From Candidatus Melainabacteria bacterium 17Bon1m (GTDB taxonomy: Bacteria; Cyanobacteriota; Vampirovibrionia; Obscuribacterales; Obscuribacteraceae): 59,757 bases of DNA. The notes under the pieces were generated by a model, which was given only the letters and a program-made list of their open reading frames with translations, had not been told where the DNA came from and made no database searches. How positions within the stretch are numbered: the stretch's first letter is position 1; the number at the start of each line of letters is the position of its first letter. The stretch covers positions 1-59,757 of the forward strand of contig JAVLKG010000019.1 in NCBI GenBank assembly GCA_032128875.1, in the 5' to 3' direction. A program made the translations under genes and the position numbers. Of this stretch, positions 57,470-59,757 are shown piece by piece.

Positions 57470-58904
57470 TTAAGCATTAAGCGGCAGAGTGATGACGAAG
57501 ATGCTCCCGCCACCGGGATTTTCTTCAACCGAGATACTGCCCTTGTGCTCGGATATTAGTGCACGCGCGATGGCCAGGCCCAAGCCGCTGCCGGACTTCT
57601 CAACCGCTTTGTCGGCTCCAGTCTGGCGAAAACGCTCAAAGATGGTTTGCCGCTTGTCGGCTGGCACGCCGGGTCCATTGTCTGCGATGCGTACTGCGGC
57701 GAAATTGTTCTCCTTTTTAAGGCTAATGGTTACAACTCCATCGACCGGGGAGAATTTGACTGCGTTTGATAGAACATTTGTAAACACCTGCTCGATTCGA
57801 TCAGCGTCAAACACTGCACTTATACTCTGCTCCGGCGTTTTGATGCTGACATTCTTCGCACGCGCCAGGGCGTCGATTGCAGCCACGGCACGATCTATTG
57901 CTTCTAAGACATCTCCTTCTTGAAGGTCAAGTTCGAATCTTCCTGATTCAAGCTTTTCTATATCGAGCAAATCGTTGATCATTTTTATCAGGCGGCTGGC
58001 ATTCTTTTCCGCTACTGTCGCTTCTTTTGACGCGCCTTTCGGAAGATCCCCCAAAGCGCCGGAGTTTGAGCGAAACCTGCACTGACATTAATGGACTTCG
58101 CAGATCGTGGCTGACCATCTCGAGCATTTCCTGCTTGTAATGCGACGCTTCATCGAGCGCTTCGGACATCTCGTGAAAAACGTTATCGAGCTGGGCGATT
58201 TCGTCTTTGCCAGAAACCCTGGGCAGAAGAGGCTCGTGCCTTACCACGCGGCGAGTGTTCGCGATCATTATTTTGATGCGATTGATGATGTCGTAGTTGA
58301 AAAACAGCGCCAGGACTAACCCAAGCAATACACTGAAAGCAACACCAGCGAATAAAAAATATACGACCGTTCTGCGAGCAGCCGTTTGAGCAGCGGGTGC
58401 GCGGTCTTGAACTTCCCGCTCTTTCTGAATCAAATCATCGATGACTCTTAGCAATTTTTCCAAATGCACGCGGCTTTCCACGATGAAAAACTGCCTGGTT
58501 CCTTCCTCTAAGCGCTCACGGCAACGCTCCAACTCTGCGATACCTTCATTTGTCGCCGTTTCCATCTTCTTGTAGGACTCAAGCTCAAAGTCTTCATCCT
58601 TCATCAAGGCGTAGCACTTCTTCAAGTGGTCGGGAATTTTCTGTTCAATCGCCTTGCGATAACGCTGCATAAATGACTCATCACGCGTCATGCGGTAAAA
58701 GGACAGGGCAGCTCCGGCGTCGTAAAAGAGTTTCTGCAAATCGTGCGTAGTGGTAACCACCGCACGCGAATGATTCTCCTTGATCATGCCGTCTTCAGCT
58801 TGTTTCAGCAGCGTGGCAAGGCAAACAACAAAGATTAACTCGAACACAATCGGAACGAGTACGAGAATCAACCCTTTTTGCGACAGTCTTAAATCAAAGC
58901 GCAT
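57470..58904 (-). pseudogene. Sensor histidine kinase split by a frameshift near 58065
   Basis: 57948..58904 frame has TMs, HAMP and SHDLRSPL then degenerates; 57470..58054 frame continues GDLP..., NVLSNAVKF, DNGPG, GSGLGL. Confidence 0.85.
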
Positions 58905-58955
58905 GCTTATGTGCACACCAACACCAGCCTGCACAATATTAGCGCGCTTTGGCGC

Positions 58956-59630
58956 CTAAACGTTTTCTACTTTGTATCCGATGCCGTGCACTGTGCGAAT
59001 AAAGTTGTCTGCGCCCGCTTCTTTGAGTTTCTTTCTGACTGCGCGTACACAGGTATAAATCGTCTCGCTTGATGCCGTGGATTCCGACGACCAGACGCGT
59101 TCCAGAAGAGTCTCGGTGCTTACAACCTGCCCCGCGTGTTTCATGAAAAACTCGAGCATAGCGAATTCTCGAGGCGCAAACTGAACTTCTTTTCCGTTAA
59201 CCGAAATAGTGTGCCCGCCTACATTTAGGTCGACAGGTCCAACGCCAATTGAATTAGTCGTAAATTGCGGAACCCGCCTCAGTAGCGCTCGTATCCGCGC
59301 AGACAACTCTTTTATATCGAAGGGCTTTGTCAAATAGTCATCGGCACCTGCGTCCAGACCTTCTTCTTTCTCGGCAATCTTTCCTTTGCCGGTGAGCAGC
59401 AGAACAGGAGTCACGCCGCCAGCATTGCGAAACTCGCGAAGAACATCGACTCCATTGCGGTTCGGCAACCCCCAATCAAGCACCACCAGATCATACTTCA
59501 ACTGCGCAAGGTAATCGGAAGCTTGCTGCCCATCGGCGATCAGCTCGACGGTGTGATGCTCATGCTTTAGCCACTGGACAATGCGGTCGCCCAAATCGAC
59601 GTCATCTTCGACAAGCAGAATTTTTGCCAT
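58956..59630 (-). CDS. OmpR-family response regulator
   Basis: MAKILLVEDD, LDWGLP, GADDYLTKPF, TVHGIGY. Confidence 0.95.
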   Translation of the reverse strand: MAKILLVEDDVDLGDRIVQWLKHEHHTVELIADGQQASDYLAQLKYDLVVLDWGLPNRNGVDVLREFRNAGGVTPVLLLTGKGKIAEKEEGLDAGADDYLTKPFDIKELSARIRALLRRVPQFTTNSIGVGPVDLNVGGHTISVNGKEVQFAPREFAMLEFFMKHAGQVVSTETLLERVWSSESTASSETIYTCVRAVRKKLKEAGADNFIRTVHGIGYKVENV

Positions 59631-59680
59631 AACCCCTGCAACGCCATGTGCGCATCCTATATTAGCATCGCATCCCGTTC

Positions 59681-59757
59681 GTAGATTTCCTGTCGGACGT
59701 CAATTAGCCCGCAGCCTAGCAACGGCTACGGCTCCGCTGCGGCAGCAGACAGCAGAG
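59681..59757. repeat. Right copy of inverted repeat at window ends
   Basis: 59681..59754 is the reverse complement of 1..74; runs to window end (77 bp). Confidence 0.97.

Overview
A 59.8-kb bacterial chromosomal segment. It is probably a whole contig, because both ends carry the same 74-bp sequence in inverted orientation. The gene style (membrane Ser/Thr kinases with LRR/TPR sensors, paralogous OmpR/histidine-kinase pairs) suggests Vampirovibrionia/Melainabacteria such as Obscuribacterales; this is inference only. A roughly 45-52% GC backbone (MocR regulator, VIT1 transporter, esterases, wecB, acyl-CoA dehydrogenase, dacB, kinases, two-component systems) is interrupted by two GC-richer (about 60%+, by eye), strictly minus-strand blocks. 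(1) 1.8-19.1 kb holds about 24 co-oriented genes with phage-like or conflict-related content: TyrRS, PNK-like kinase, HD alarmone-hydrolase-like protein, gp30.3/NADAR, Doc toxin with an apparently fused antitoxin helix, Cas4/AddB-like nuclease with a large coiled-coil insert, and stand-alone or degenerate RapZ-C, ClpB-D2, TerD, S1 and subtilase domains. (2) 30.3-34.8 kb is a five-gene ubiquitin-like conjugation operon: tandem di-Ubl precursor ending VQG-N, JAB/MPN+ protease, minimal ThiF E1, and two paralogous E2-like proteins, one membrane-anchored. This operon is the best candidate for an undescribed system. Also seen: three S1-domain proteins, REP-like palindromes, a pentamer SD/anti-SD tract, a highly structured intergenic RNA candidate and a frameshifted histidine kinase. 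No rRNA, tRNA, CRISPR array, integrase or capsid gene was recognised. All calls rest on motif recognition by eye; no database searches were run.
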